This document shows positions 49,345 to 60,128 of a DNA stretch of 64,000 bases, one piece after another. Under the pieces are notes generated by a model that ran no database searches, was not told the DNA's origin, and was given only the letters and a program-made list of their open reading frames with translations. Position numbers and translations under genes: made by a program. Every line of letters begins with the position of its first letter. The stretch's first letter is position 1. Origin of the DNA: Candidatus Latescibacterota bacterium (lineage in GTDB: Bacteria > Latescibacterota > UBA2968); contig OZ241986.1 in the NCBI GenBank assembly GCA_965204375.1, positions 5,216,001-5,280,000 of the forward strand. Direction: 5' to 3'.

Positions 49345-50580
49345 TTAGACCGCGTAAGCTGAGTTTTTCCATACCTCTCGTGCTACGCGGAGGATGTTGC
49401 CGCCGATGATTTTTGCGATGTCGTCGTCGCTGTAACCCCGTTGTACAAGGCCGACGGTGAAGAGGGGCCAGTTGGTCCAGGTGAGGCTTTGTTCCTGGTG
49501 GGGTTGTCGCCATTCGGAGGAATGGAGCGGGTCTCTGGGCGGCCAGAGTGCCTCCCAGCGGTTGCGCTGTTTGGGGCGGGGGTTGAGTTTGCGGTTGGCT
49601 TCGGCAATGTATTGAGAGGGGTAGCCTCGGTCCGTGCCGATGGTGACGGCGTCGGTGCCAAAGGTTTTGGCGACGTAGTCGATGTGGTCGAGGAAGGCAC
49701 TGATGTCGCCGCTGCCGCCGAGGAATGCGGGTACATTGGTGATGCCCATGGTGCCCCCGGTGTCGAGTACCGCGCGGATGATGTTGTCGGGTTTGCTTCG
49801 GATGTGTTCGTTGAGTGTGCAGGCGACGGAGTGACTGACGACGACGGGTTGTTTGGATGCTTTTGCTGTGTCGAGGCAGGTTTGCCAGCCGGTGTGGGCG
49901 AGGTCAATGATGATGCCGAGGCGGTTCATTTCGGCGACTGTGGCATGTCCAAAGTCGCTCAAGCCCGCGTCGTTGGGTTCGCCGCAGCCGTCTCCAATGG
50001 GGTTGCGGCGGTTGTACGTGAGGTGCATCATGCGCGCGCCGAGTTGTGCAAAGACGCGGATGTAGCGCAGTTCTTCTTCCGGGTTGGTCTGGTCGCCGGC
50101 GAGTGGAATACCGTTGCAGGTGAGATAGGTGCAGCGTTTGCCCGCTTTGTGGGTTGCGACGATGTCGTCGGGTGTGGTGACGCGCTGGAGGAAGTCGGGC
50201 ATGGCGTCGGTGTTGTACGTGTGTCGGGCAAGGCGTTTGATGATGCGCAGGGGGTCGTTGCATTCTTCGCCTGCGTTTTGAAAGGTGCAGGTGACGCCAG
50301 AGGTCTGCCAGATTTCCCGGTATTCTCGACGGAGTTCGGGTGTGAGTGCCCAGCGGGTCATGCCCATGTCTTCGGTGAGGTCTTGCAGTTCGCGGTCAGA
50401 TGCGCCTGCTTCGATGGCTGCGTTGACGGGGTCGGGATCGATGGGTGAGCGCAGGCCCAGGCCGTAGGATTCGATGACGAGGGCGTGTTCGTGGAGTTCC
50501 AGGCCGTGTTCCAGGTCGCGCTGTGACGGTTTGAGGATGTTGAGTGCTATGTCGCGGGCGTGTTGCATTTGGTCGTTCAT
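49345..50580 (-). CDS. Membrane dipeptidase (M19) family amidohydrolase
   Basis: LTYN..N..GDG, MNRLGIIIDLAH, VSHS, IGTD, KIIGGN. Confidence 0.85.
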   Translation of the reverse strand: MNDQMQHARDIALNILKPSQRDLEHGLELHEHALVIESYGLGLRSPIDPDPVNAAIEAGASDRELQDLTEDMGMTRWALTPELRREYREIWQTSGVTCTFQNAGEECNDPLRIIKRLARHTYNTDAMPDFLQRVTTPDDIVATHKAGKRCTYLTCNGIPLAGDQTNPEEELRYIRVFAQLGARMMHLTYNRRNPIGDGCGEPNDAGLSDFGHATVAEMNRLGIIIDLAHTGWQTCLDTAKASKQPVVVSHSVACTLNEHIRSKPDNIIRAVLDTGGTMGITNVPAFLGGSGDISAFLDHIDYVAKTFGTDAVTIGTDRGYPSQYIAEANRKLNPRPKQRNRWEALWPPRDPLHSSEWRQPHQEQSLTWTNWPLFTVGLVQRGYSDDDIAKIIGGNILRVAREVWKNSAYAV

Positions 50581-50643
50581 GGTTATTTTCCTGTTTTATA
50601 TGTTAATCTGCGTCCATCTGCGTCCATCTGCGGATACCTGTTT

Positions 50644-52593
50644 TTATTTTTCGCACAAAAAATTGATTAAATCCTCGTTTTTTGCAAGGTCATTTTTTAC
50701 TGTCAGGGTTGCTTCGGGATAAAGTGCATAGGCCGCTTCTGCCCAGGATGTGTCGAAGGTATCGCCTGTGTTGTGTAAGAGCAAGTTATTTGGGGCGATG
50801 AGCGCGGCGGCATTGGGCAAGCCTCCCGCTTTGAGTATGCCGGGGATGGGCAGGCGTTTGAGGTAGTCGTTTTCGGTTTTGGTATTGAATTCGCCGATGT
50901 CAGATGCGATTTGCAGGTCGGAGCGTTCTGAGATTGCACCTGCGATGATGGTCCAGAGTCCGGCATTGCCAAAGCCGACGATGTTTGTCGGACCATCGGG
51001 CATGTGGCGCAACGCGAGTGCGATGTCGTATATGCGTTCGGCGTCGTCGGTGCGGTTAAAGGTGTTGAAGAAGTTTCCGCCCCCGCGCGGTTCTTCGGGG
51101 TTTTCTTCGCCGATGTTTTGACCCGTGCCGAAGGGGTCTATGGCATAGACGGTTTGACCTTTGTCGAGGAGGGCCTGGATGAGAGGTGAGTACAGGGCGT
51201 CCATGCCATGCGGGTGAATTAAGAGGGTAGATGTGTCGGACGGGGTTTCGGGTGTGAAGGTGCGGATGGGGACGCGCACATTGCGGCGGTTGCCGATCAG
51301 GGTTCCGTTTTCTTTCGTGTTGTGTTGATATGTGACGGTGCTGTTGTCGTAGCCGACGGTTATACGCAGTGCTTCGCCCAGGATGCGTCGATTTTTGGCG
51401 AGTGCGTCGGGTGTGTTTGGGCGATGGGCTTCCAGTGCTGTTTTGGATGCGGCGATGCACTGGCGGATGAGGTCTTTGTGTTGGGTGATTGCACCGTCGG
51501 GCAGGCCATCGAAAAAGGCGAGCATGTCTTTGTGTTCTTCGACTTCAAAGGGCGGTTCGCGAAAGTCGTCGCCATAGGGCAGGTCGAGCCATCGGGCGAA
51601 CCAGCGGTACACGGCTTCTCGCATTTCGAGGTTGTAGCCGTGGGGCGCGTCAATCTGGATTTGAGAGATGCGGTCGTCGGCGTCGTAGAGGTCGTATATG
51701 CGTTTGATGGCGGGGTATTCGACGTCGGGGGTGTGTTGCGTCCAGTCCTGTGAGGAACTGACGAGGATGAGGGGTTTGGGCGCGAAGGTGGTGCCGATAT
51801 CGACGTTGTTGGTGTCGATGCGCAGGAGGGGTGCGTTTTCACAGACACAGCCGCCTTGCATGTAGGCGGAGACCATGCAGACGGGTGCGGCGACATGCAG
51901 GCGGTCGTCAACGGCATAGAGGTTATAGGTTTGGGTGCCTCCGCCCGATTCGCCCGTGCAGCCCAAGCGGTTGGTATCGACTTCGGGGAGTTCGCAAAGG
52001 AAGTCGAGTGCGCGGATGCTGTTCCAGAGTTGAAATCCCAGGATGCCGATGTTCCAGAGCATGCGGTCATCTTGTTTGTGGGGCCAGGGTGCGCGGTGTA
52101 CAACACTGTAGGTTTCTTCCTGATATGCGCCGGAGAGGTGTCGGGCGCTGTCGTTGTAATCGACCATGTCCCACATGAAGGCTGTGCAACCCATTCGGGC
52201 AAAGGTGATGCCCCGGCCCGGGTAGGATGTGTCCCCGTGTTGTATGCGGCCCAGTGGTGCATGTCCATGTGGACTTAAGATGCCGGGGTGGCTTTTGGGT
52301 TGTGGGTTGAGGGGACGAAAGAGGCTACCGCCCACGTAGAAGTTGGGCAAGCTCTGAAAGTAGGCTTTTTCTATGGTGTACCCGTCTCGTTCAATGCGGT
52401 CGTAGATGTGGATGTCGAGCGGGGGCTTTTCGGGCATTGGCCAGAGTCCAGCGGCAAAGAGGATTTGCTTTTTGAGTCTTGCCTTTTCTCGTTCCCAGGT
52501 TTCGCGGTCGGGATATGTTGCGGGCGTAAATTCGGTGTGGGTGTGCGGGAGGTTCTGCCATCGGGGGTCCATGAGGTGATCACTCCTCTTCAA
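50644..52593 (-). CDS. Acetylxylan esterase-like alpha/beta hydrolase
   Basis: PHGH, GCTGESGGGTQT, GGCVCEN. Confidence 0.8.
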   Translation of the reverse strand: MKRSDHLMDPRWQNLPHTHTEFTPATYPDRETWEREKARLKKQILFAAGLWPMPEKPPLDIHIYDRIERDGYTIEKAYFQSLPNFYVGGSLFRPLNPQPKSHPGILSPHGHAPLGRIQHGDTSYPGRGITFARMGCTAFMWDMVDYNDSARHLSGAYQEETYSVVHRAPWPHKQDDRMLWNIGILGFQLWNSIRALDFLCELPEVDTNRLGCTGESGGGTQTYNLYAVDDRLHVAAPVCMVSAYMQGGCVCENAPLLRIDTNNVDIGTTFAPKPLILVSSSQDWTQHTPDVEYPAIKRIYDLYDADDRISQIQIDAPHGYNLEMREAVYRWFARWLDLPYGDDFREPPFEVEEHKDMLAFFDGLPDGAITQHKDLIRQCIAASKTALEAHRPNTPDALAKNRRILGEALRITVGYDNSTVTYQHNTKENGTLIGNRRNVRVPIRTFTPETPSDTSTLLIHPHGMDALYSPLIQALLDKGQTVYAIDPFGTGQNIGEENPEEPRGGGNFFNTFNRTDDAERIYDIALALRHMPDGPTNIVGFGNAGLWTIIAGAISERSDLQIASDIGEFNTKTENDYLKRLPIPGILKAGGLPNAAALIAPNNLLLHNTGDTFDTSWAEAAYALYPEATLTVKNDLAKNEDLINFLCEK

Positions 52594-54358
52594 TCGCCGC
52601 GGGGGCGCCGAAGTATTTTTTCAGTCGTTTTGCGTCGAATTTTTCCTGGCGGTCATAGGTGTAGATGCCGTTTTGTTCTTGTTCGATGTCGGTGAGTTGG
52701 GTGTAGCAATATCCCGCGATGTTGGGGTGGTTGAGGAGTATGGCTGTGAGTTTTTCGATTCGGTGATACACTTCTTCGATGTCGGTGGGGCGTTTGCCAT
52801 AGCCCCAGCTGCTTTTGCGGTCTGCGGCTTGTTCTGTTTCGACGGCATTGGGGTCCCACCATGTGCCGCCGTATTCATCGACGACGTAGGGTTGTCCCTG
52901 ATAGGGCACATTCAATTCGGGGAAGCGGATGGGTGTGTTTTCCCAGTCGTCGGGGGATACGGGGGCGTAGGTTGCTTTGAATTTGACGGGGTCCTGTTCG
53001 TAGTCGTGTACGGTGTAGATGTCTGTGCAGACGTGTACGTAGCCGCTGGTGTCGTGGCAGGGACGAGAAGGGTCGAGTGCTCTGGTGAGGTCGTAGGTTT
53101 CCTGTACGGCACGGCGGTGTGCTTCAAAGTGGTTGGTCGCGCCGCCCCGGGTTTCATTGTAGGGGGTCCACGCGAGGATAGAGGGGTGATTGAGGTCGCG
53201 CTGGACGATTTCTCGCCATTCGCGCTGCTGGTTGTGTATGGATTGGGGTGAGCCGAAGTTCATGCCCCAGTCACAGTATTCGCCCCAGGTGAGGTATCCG
53301 AGTTTGTCAGCCCAGTAGTGAAAGCGTTCTTCGAATACTTTCTGGTGAAGGCGCGCGCCGTTGAAGCCGACGGCGAGCGATTTTTCGATGTCGCCTTTGA
53401 GCATGTCGTCGGATGGGGCGGTCCATATTCCGTCGGGATAGAATCCCTGGTCCAGTACAAGGCGCAGGAAGATGGGGGTGTTGTTGAGGTAGAATTTGTG
53501 GCCTTCGATGTGAAATTTTCGCAGTCCGGCATAGCTGTTGACTGTGTCGATGATGGTGTCGCCGTCGCGGAGTTCAAAGCGGAGGTCGTAGAGGTGAGGG
53601 TTGTCTGGCGACCAGGGTTGCGGGTTTTTGATGCGCAAGGACATGGCAGCGCCGCTCGTGGCGGGCATGGTAGAGACCGCGACTTCTTCTTTGCCGTTGA
53701 GGAGGACGGCGCGGAAGGTGTGTCCGCGATGCGCGTTTTTAAATGTGGGGGTGAGTACAAAGCGGCTGCTGTCGAGGTCGGGTACGATGCGTACAGTTTC
53801 CATGCGCGATTCGGGCACGGCTTCGAGCCAGACGGTTTGCCATATTCCCGTGACGCGGGTGTAGTGGCAGCCGCGGGAATAGAGGTCGGGGCATTGTTTG
53901 CCCGAGGGCTGGTCACCTGAGCGCGTGTCGTCATTGGCGCAGACGACGAGATGATTTGCGTTAGATGTGAGCGCATCTGTGATGTCATAAGTGAAGGATG
54001 AACTGCCGCCGTAATGCTGTCCGATAAGATGACCGTTGACCCAGGCTTTGCAGTGGTAATCGACCGCGCCGAAGTGCAGGAGTACGCGCTTGTCCGTCCA
54101 TTCGTCGGGGATGTCGAGGGTGCGATGATACCAGACCGAGGGCATAAAGTCCGTGTATTGAATGCCCGAGAGACTGGATTCCGGGCAGAAAGGCACGGTG
54201 ATGACACGGTCTAATTCAGCGGGATTTTGGGGCCAGCCTTTGGCTTCGCCGGATTGTCCAACGTCAATGGCGAAGTTCCAGATGCCGTTGAGGTTTAGCC
54301 ATGTGTTGCGCTGAAATTGCGGACGGGGGTGTTCGGGTCGCGGTTGTGTTTCGGGCAT
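52580..54358 (-). CDS. Glycoside hydrolase family 2
   Basis: EHPRPQ, LHFGAVDY, TGIWQTVWLE, LDQG..P, WTPYNE, EYGG. Confidence 0.92.
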   Translation of the reverse strand: MPETQPRPEHPRPQFQRNTWLNLNGIWNFAIDVGQSGEAKGWPQNPAELDRVITVPFCPESSLSGIQYTDFMPSVWYHRTLDIPDEWTDKRVLLHFGAVDYHCKAWVNGHLIGQHYGGSSSFTYDITDALTSNANHLVVCANDDTRSGDQPSGKQCPDLYSRGCHYTRVTGIWQTVWLEAVPESRMETVRIVPDLDSSRFVLTPTFKNAHRGHTFRAVLLNGKEEVAVSTMPATSGAAMSLRIKNPQPWSPDNPHLYDLRFELRDGDTIIDTVNSYAGLRKFHIEGHKFYLNNTPIFLRLVLDQGFYPDGIWTAPSDDMLKGDIEKSLAVGFNGARLHQKVFEERFHYWADKLGYLTWGEYCDWGMNFGSPQSIHNQQREWREIVQRDLNHPSILAWTPYNETRGGATNHFEAHRRAVQETYDLTRALDPSRPCHDTSGYVHVCTDIYTVHDYEQDPVKFKATYAPVSPDDWENTPIRFPELNVPYQGQPYVVDEYGGTWWDPNAVETEQAADRKSSWGYGKRPTDIEEVYHRIEKLTAILLNHPNIAGYCYTQLTDIEQEQNGIYTYDRQEKFDAKRLKKYFGAPAAIEEE

Positions 54359-54371
54359 GAAATACTCCTTA

Positions 54372-55817
54372 TTAAAATCCCGCTTCTCTCGGGGGCAGGG
54401 GATCAACTGTCCAGGCCATGCGGTCAGCAAGGCGGGTCATGAGGTCGAGTCTTACGGTAGTGTAGTCGGGGTTGTTCCACTGGTTGTGCGTTTCAGTGGG
54501 GTCGGTTTCGAGGTCGTAGAGTTCGCCGCCGCCAGTGCCGTGTGCGGCGACGAGTTTGTGGCGGTCGGTGCGTACCATGGTGGCATGGGCTGGCGGATTT
54601 TTATGGCCCTGCATGGCGTTGTAATATTCGCAGTAGATGTCGTCGCGGTGCTGGTCGAGGGGTGCGTCGCCTTTCAGGAGTGGTTGGAGGGTGCGTCCTT
54701 GCATGGCGGGATGGCGGTCGAGGCCGACCCATTCGAGGATGGTGGGCGCGAGGTCAACGAGTTCGACGAGTGCATAAGATCGCGAGCCGTCGTTGCGAAG
54801 GCCGGGTCCTGAGATGAGGAGAGGGACGCGCACAGCGGGTTCGTAGAAGAAGGGGCCTTTGAGGTAGATGCCGTGGTCGCCGAGCATTTCGCCGTGGTCA
54901 GAGGTGAAGATGATATAGGTGTTGTCGCGTTGTCCGGTTTCTTCAAGGCAGTCGAGCAGGTGACCGATCTGGCGGTCTATTACATCGACCATGGCCCAGT
55001 ACGCCGCGGTGACCCAGCGGTGATCAATGTCGGTCATTTTGTCGTAGGCAAATTGGCCTTTGCCGCCGTAGGAGCCGCCGTGATCGATGCGTTGCCAGAT
55101 GGGTTTGTCGTCGAGTTCGCCCTGGACGTAGTTGGGCAGGGGTATGTCGTCGATTATATCGCGGTAGCGTTCGAGGTCTTCGCGCGGGGGATCAAAGGCG
55201 TGATGCGGGTCAAAGGGGTTGAGGGAGAAGGTCCAGGGCATGTTTTCTTCAGCACATCGGCGGATGAAGGTGATGGCGCGCTGGATGCAGTAGGTGGTCT
55301 GGCTGTGTTCTTCAGAGGGGAGTGTCTGTACGTATCGAGAATCTGGGAAGGGCTGGACGTCGCGCGTCAGACCCTTGTCGCGCAACCACTGGTGGTAGTC
55401 ATTGGTGGGCCATCTGGGGGCGGGGTCGTGCGACCAGAAGAACTGGTCATAGCCATCGTCTATGCGGCGTTCTGTGCCGTGACACGCGCTGGGGTTGCAG
55501 ACCGAGATGTGGAGTTTGCCGGATAGGCCACATACGTATCCGGCGTCGTGAAGCAGTTTGGTGACGGGGATTTCGTCGCCGGGTATGGATTGGCCGTTTT
55601 GTCGGCAGCGCGTGGTGCGCGGGTAGCGTCCGGTGAGAAAGCTGGATCGGCTGGGCGTGCAGACGGGACTTTGCGAGAAGGCGTATTCAAAGAGGACACT
55701 TTGTTCGGCGAGGCGGTCCAGGTTGGGGGTGTGTACATAGGGGTTGCCATAACAGCCGAGGGTGTCAAAGCGCTGCTGGTCAGTGCAGATCCAGAGGATG
55801 TTGGGTTTGTTGGGCAT
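54372..55817 (-). CDS. Sulfatase
   Basis: PNILWI.TDQQR, CTPSR, GKLH, DPHH, SDHGE. Confidence 0.93.
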   Translation of the reverse strand: MPNKPNILWICTDQQRFDTLGCYGNPYVHTPNLDRLAEQSVLFEYAFSQSPVCTPSRSSFLTGRYPRTTRCRQNGQSIPGDEIPVTKLLHDAGYVCGLSGKLHISVCNPSACHGTERRIDDGYDQFFWSHDPAPRWPTNDYHQWLRDKGLTRDVQPFPDSRYVQTLPSEEHSQTTYCIQRAITFIRRCAEENMPWTFSLNPFDPHHAFDPPREDLERYRDIIDDIPLPNYVQGELDDKPIWQRIDHGGSYGGKGQFAYDKMTDIDHRWVTAAYWAMVDVIDRQIGHLLDCLEETGQRDNTYIIFTSDHGEMLGDHGIYLKGPFFYEPAVRVPLLISGPGLRNDGSRSYALVELVDLAPTILEWVGLDRHPAMQGRTLQPLLKGDAPLDQHRDDIYCEYYNAMQGHKNPPAHATMVRTDRHKLVAAHGTGGGELYDLETDPTETHNQWNNPDYTTVRLDLMTRLADRMAWTVDPLPPREAGF

Positions 55818-55853
55818 GAAGACCTCGTGTTATACAATGAATACCACAGACAA

Positions 55854-56891
55854 TTACGCGCTGATAGCCAGTCCAATGCCTTTTTCTCCGCCACCGGCGT
55901 AATAGAGATAGAGTTTTTTATCGTGAAATATGGGAAAGGGGTCGCGCACATTTCGCTTTTCCCATTCCCCTTGAGGTGTTAAAATTGTACCGTGTTTTTG
56001 AACAAGGCTTACCGCCTGGCTGTTGATTTGCAATGTGGCAGCGAAGATGCTTTCAAAGGTTGCATTGATGTTGGCTAAGCAAGAATAGGTCGCCAGGATG
56101 TGTGTGTCGTCGATGAGCGTGCATCCAATATGGCGAATGCGCTGGTGTTCCCCATATATTTCTTCGGCGGTGAGGATGGCACCGGTTTCATCGAGGGTCC
56201 AATCTAATCCGTCGGGCGAATAGGCGTGTCCAATGCTTGTGGGATGGGGACGACCTCTCCGTTGTTCTTTGGGAAGTTTTTTGGTTTCACCATTGTAATC
56301 AGCTTCTTCTCGGCTCATGGTCATGAAGAAGCCGTGGCATCCGTTTTCTGTGGGCACGACGCGCAGATACATGTTGGTGGCCACACGCCAATGATCGGGT
56401 GTGGTGATGGGCAAGAGGAGGTTGTTGGGGTGTACATCAAAGTGGATGCCATCGGTTGAGGTGGCTGCGCCTGAGTTTTGAATGCGGCGATAATAGTGGG
56501 TGGGCATTCGGCGGTTTTGTTCTTTGAGTACTTCTGCCGGACAGCCGCCGTGGTAGTAGAGGATGAAGCGGTTGTTGTAATAAATGATTTCGGGCGAGCT
56601 GAGGTGGCCCTTGACGGCAGGGCAATTGTCGAGGTGGAGGACGGCTTTTTTTTGCATTGTCCAGGGGCCTTCGAGCGTTGGCGCAGTGGCAAAGCCGATT
56701 TCTCTGCCGCCGTGTGAGGCGAGATACATGTAGTAGCGATCAATGGGGCTGTTGAGTTTGTCGCTCATGTCGATGACGCTGGGAAACATGATGGATCGCC
56801 TTTTTTTAAAATCCCAGGTGATGTCGTCGATGGTTAAGAGGGGGTTGGATTTAGAGCGCTGGAGTGTTTGGAGAAAATGAGGTTGTGTCAT
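55854..56891 (-). CDS. Beta-propeller glycosidase-like protein (GH43/GH130 clan-like)
   Basis: NPLL, YYMY.ASH, GPW, HLSSP, S.DG..F, VRDP, YLYYAG. Confidence 0.7.
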   Translation of the reverse strand: MTQPHFLQTLQRSKSNPLLTIDDITWDFKKRRSIMFPSVIDMSDKLNSPIDRYYMYLASHGGREIGFATAPTLEGPWTMQKKAVLHLDNCPAVKGHLSSPEIIYYNNRFILYYHGGCPAEVLKEQNRRMPTHYYRRIQNSGAATSTDGIHFDVHPNNLLLPITTPDHWRVATNMYLRVVPTENGCHGFFMTMSREEADYNGETKKLPKEQRRGRPHPTSIGHAYSPDGLDWTLDETGAILTAEEIYGEHQRIRHIGCTLIDDTHILATYSCLANINATFESIFAATLQINSQAVSLVQKHGTILTPQGEWEKRNVRDPFPIFHDKKLYLYYAGGGEKGIGLAISA

Positions 56892-56954
56892 AGGGGCCTG
56901 TGGGTTTATTTTAAGGTGAGGAAAGAGACGATCTTTATTATGAAGGGAGTTTGC

Positions 56955-58352
56955 ATGAGAAGCAAGCCAAATATTATTTACTTGTTGGCCGATGATTGGG
57001 GGTATGGAGATGTGGGTTGTTTGAATCCCGATTCGAAGATTCCAACGCCGCATACGGATCAACTCGCGTCTGAGGGGATGATTTTTACGGATGCACATAG
57101 CAATTCTGCGGTGTGTACGCCCACGCGGTATGGTGTGATGACGGGGCGCTATTGCTGGCGGTCGCGGTTGATGCGCGGGGTTTTGAATGGGTATTCTGAG
57201 CCGTTGATTGAAGATGGGCGGATGACTGTGCCATCGCTGTTGCGCGATGAGGGTTATACGACGGCGTGTGTGGGGAAGTGGCATTTGGGGTTGGGCTGGC
57301 AGGTGAGTGATGGGGCGGAGCGAACGAATGGGGAGACGGTGGATTTTTCCGCGCCGTTGTCAGAGGGTCCCCATACGGTGGGTTTTGATTATTCGTTTAT
57401 TATTCCGGCGTCGCTGGATATGGCTCCGTATTGTTATATTGAAGATGGGGTGGTGGTGGAGCAGCCGGTTGAGGAGACTGCGGATTCGCCGAGGCCAGAA
57501 TTTTGGCGCGGGGGTGCGTGTGCGCCCGGGTTTATGCATGATACGTGTTTGCTGGAGTTGACGATTCGCGCCGAGGGGTTTATCAATCAGCACGCGAAGG
57601 AGAATGGGGATAAGCCGTTCTTTTTGTATTTTCCCGCGCCTTCGCCGCATACGCCGCATTTTGCACGGGGGCGATTTGCAGGGCGAAGTCAGGCAGGGGA
57701 ATACGGGGATTATGTGACGGAGCACGATTGGAGTGTTGGGCGCATTTTGGAGGCGGTGAAGCGCAATGGGTTGGCGGATGATACGCTGATTATTGTGACG
57801 AGTGATAATGGTTGTCACGAAGAGCCAATAGGGTTGAAGGAGAAGTACGATCATCTGGGGAATTATATTTTTCGGGGGCAGAAGTCCGATGCGTGGGATG
57901 GCGGGCATCGCATTCCGTTTATCGCTTCGTGGCCCGGGGTGATTGAGCCGGGGTCGCGTTGTGATAAGACGGTGTGTTTGACGGATTTGCTGGCGACTGT
58001 AGCCGGGATTTGCGATGTGGATTTGCCGAGGGATGCGGGGGAGGATAGTTATGATATTTTGCCGTATATGCAGGGCGTTCAGGAAGAGACGATTCGAGAG
58101 GCGACGGTACATCATTCGATTAGCGGAGAGTTTGCGATTCGCAAAGATGAGTGGAAGTTGGTGACATGTCGTGGGTCGGGTGGCTGGAGTTTGAGAGAGG
58201 CAGATGTGCCTGCAGATGCACCGCCAATGCAGCTTTACGATATGGCATCCGACCCGGAGGAACAGAATAATTTGTTCTGTGAAAAGCCAGAGGTGGCAGA
58301 GAAATTGCTGGGGATTTTGGATCGGTATCGGGAAGGAGATAGGAGTACGTGA
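56955..58352 (+). CDS. Arylsulfatase
   Basis: PNIIYLLADDWGYGD, CTPTR, GKWHLG, SDNG. Confidence 0.93.
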   Translation: MRSKPNIIYLLADDWGYGDVGCLNPDSKIPTPHTDQLASEGMIFTDAHSNSAVCTPTRYGVMTGRYCWRSRLMRGVLNGYSEPLIEDGRMTVPSLLRDEGYTTACVGKWHLGLGWQVSDGAERTNGETVDFSAPLSEGPHTVGFDYSFIIPASLDMAPYCYIEDGVVVEQPVEETADSPRPEFWRGGACAPGFMHDTCLLELTIRAEGFINQHAKENGDKPFFLYFPAPSPHTPHFARGRFAGRSQAGEYGDYVTEHDWSVGRILEAVKRNGLADDTLIIVTSDNGCHEEPIGLKEKYDHLGNYIFRGQKSDAWDGGHRIPFIASWPGVIEPGSRCDKTVCLTDLLATVAGICDVDLPRDAGEDSYDILPYMQGVQEETIREATVHHSISGEFAIRKDEWKLVTCRGSGGWSLREADVPADAPPMQLYDMASDPEEQNNLFCEKPEVAEKLLGILDRYREGDRST

Positions 58353-58496
58353 GAGGAGGCGTTATGGATCAAAAAAAGTATGTTTTGAGGTTAAAGGTGC
58401 TCGAGATTTTGCGCCGTTATCACAAGGTGCAACAGCATTTTCACATTATGCGGGAGTGGAAAAAGCGCTGGATTTCTCCGAATTGACTTGTGTTTT

Positions 58497-59360
58497 TTAT
58501 ATTATCGGAACACCAGCGCGGGTGGCGATAGCGCGGGTGTTGGATGCAGCTTCGGGTATGAGGTCGGGTTTGAGGTGTTCGATGAGGCCGTAGTTGTTGG
58601 GGTGGTGGTTCTGGAAATGCCGGAAGCAGTGGGCGAGGTCGAGTTCGCCATTGCCAGGTACGGTTTCGTCGAGGTGGATGACAAGCCCTTTGCCGATGGC
58701 GATGTCTTTGATGTGCATGACCGGGGAATAAGCGCCCATTTGGGAAAAGATGTGGTCCAGGCGGTCGGTGCTATCATAGACCTGGCTTAAGGTTTCAAAG
58801 TGGTTGACGTAGTCCATGACCAGGCGCAGGTTGGGCGATCCGACGTTTTCGACCATTTTGCGGCATGTTTCCGGGTTTTTGAGGATGGAGACGAGGTGAG
58901 TTTCCATGACGACTGTGACGCCGTTTTGTTCGAGGGTGGGGGTGATTTTTTGCAGGGTTTCAATGAGGCGATCCCATGCTTCTGGCGTGTGATTGTCGCG
59001 ATGGGGCGTCCAGCTTCCGGCGGGGTTGCGGCTGCCCGGGCGCAGGAGAAAGGCTTGTGCGGATAGACCCGCGGCGATTTCTGTTCCTTTTTTGATTTTG
59101 CGGATGATTGTGTTTCGGATTTCTGAGTCGGGATCAAAGAGGCATTCGGGGTATGTGATGGAGAATTGTGCGAGGTCGAGGTTGTGTTCGGCAAAGCGTG
59201 CGCGGCACCGGTCCGTGTCGGCGGTTGTGATTTCTTCGCAGAGTTCTGCAGGGAAGTGAAAGGCTCCACCGGTGAATCCGAGGTTTTGGATGGTTTGAAG
59301 ATGTGACGATTCAAGGGTGCGAAAATCTCTGGGCAAGAGGCCAACAACACCTAAGCGCAT
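58497..59360 (-). CDS. Sugar phosphate isomerase/epimerase
   Basis: MET, MDYVN, HIKD, PG.GELD, IEH. Confidence 0.85.
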   Translation of the reverse strand: MRLGVVGLLPRDFRTLESSHLQTIQNLGFTGGAFHFPAELCEEITTADTDRCRARFAEHNLDLAQFSITYPECLFDPDSEIRNTIIRKIKKGTEIAAGLSAQAFLLRPGSRNPAGSWTPHRDNHTPEAWDRLIETLQKITPTLEQNGVTVVMETHLVSILKNPETCRKMVENVGSPNLRLVMDYVNHFETLSQVYDSTDRLDHIFSQMGAYSPVMHIKDIAIGKGLVIHLDETVPGNGELDLAHCFRHFQNHHPNNYGLIEHLKPDLIPEAASNTRAIATRAGVPII

Positions 59361-59371
59361 GGTCTGGTCTC

Positions 59372-60106
59372 CTATCGCGTGAAGATGCTGCCGCGAAGAT
59401 AGTCGGCTTCGTCAGATACGAGGAAGGATAGTATTTTACCCACGCCTTCGGGGTCGCCGAGTCCGGCTGCCATGCGTGAGACATCGCGCCCTGAGGCGTC
59501 GGCTTGTTTTTGTACGACGCGCATTTTGAGCGGTGTTTCAATACCGCCCGGGCATACGCCGTGGACGCGGATGTTGCGGTTGGACAGTTGGGCTGCCAAT
59601 ACGAGGGAGAGGCCGTGGGCGCCGCCTTTGCTGGAGCCATAGGCGACGGATGAGCTTCCGCCTTTGACACCCGCGCCAGAGGCGATGAGTACGATGACGC
59701 CTTTGCCGGCTTTTTCCATTAGTGGTACGGTGTATTTTGAGACGAGAAAGCTTCCTTTTAGATTGATGTCTATGACCCTGTCCCAGGTGAATTCGTCAAA
59801 TTCATCGATGGGTACTAATGCGCCTTCGAGGATGCCAGCGGCGTTGATTAAGCCATCGATATGGCCGAAGGTATTGCCGATGTTTTCAAAGAGTGCGCGT
59901 ACCTGGTTTTCCTCTTTTATGTCTGTCTGAAATCCCGCTGCATTCCCACCCGCGTTTTCGATTTCTCGAACTGTGCGTTCCACGCCCGCTCCGTCCAGAT
60001 CTACGACGGCTACACGCGCGCCTTCCCGGGCACAGCATCGCGCTGCCGCCTGTCCTATGCCCGATGCACCGCCCGTTACGACGATGTTTTTGTTTTCCAG
60101 TCTCAT
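59372..60106 (-). CDS. SDR oxidoreductase
   Basis: TGGASGIG, NAAG, YGSSK. Confidence 0.93.
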   Translation of the reverse strand: MRLENKNIVVTGGASGIGQAAARCCAREGARVAVVDLDGAGVERTVREIENAGGNAAGFQTDIKEENQVRALFENIGNTFGHIDGLINAAGILEGALVPIDEFDEFTWDRVIDINLKGSFLVSKYTVPLMEKAGKGVIVLIASGAGVKGGSSSVAYGSSKGGAHGLSLVLAAQLSNRNIRVHGVCPGGIETPLKMRVVQKQADASGRDVSRMAAGLGDPEGVGKILSFLVSDEADYLRGSIFTR

Positions 60107-60128
60107 GGGTTCTCCTTTTCAAAGACCA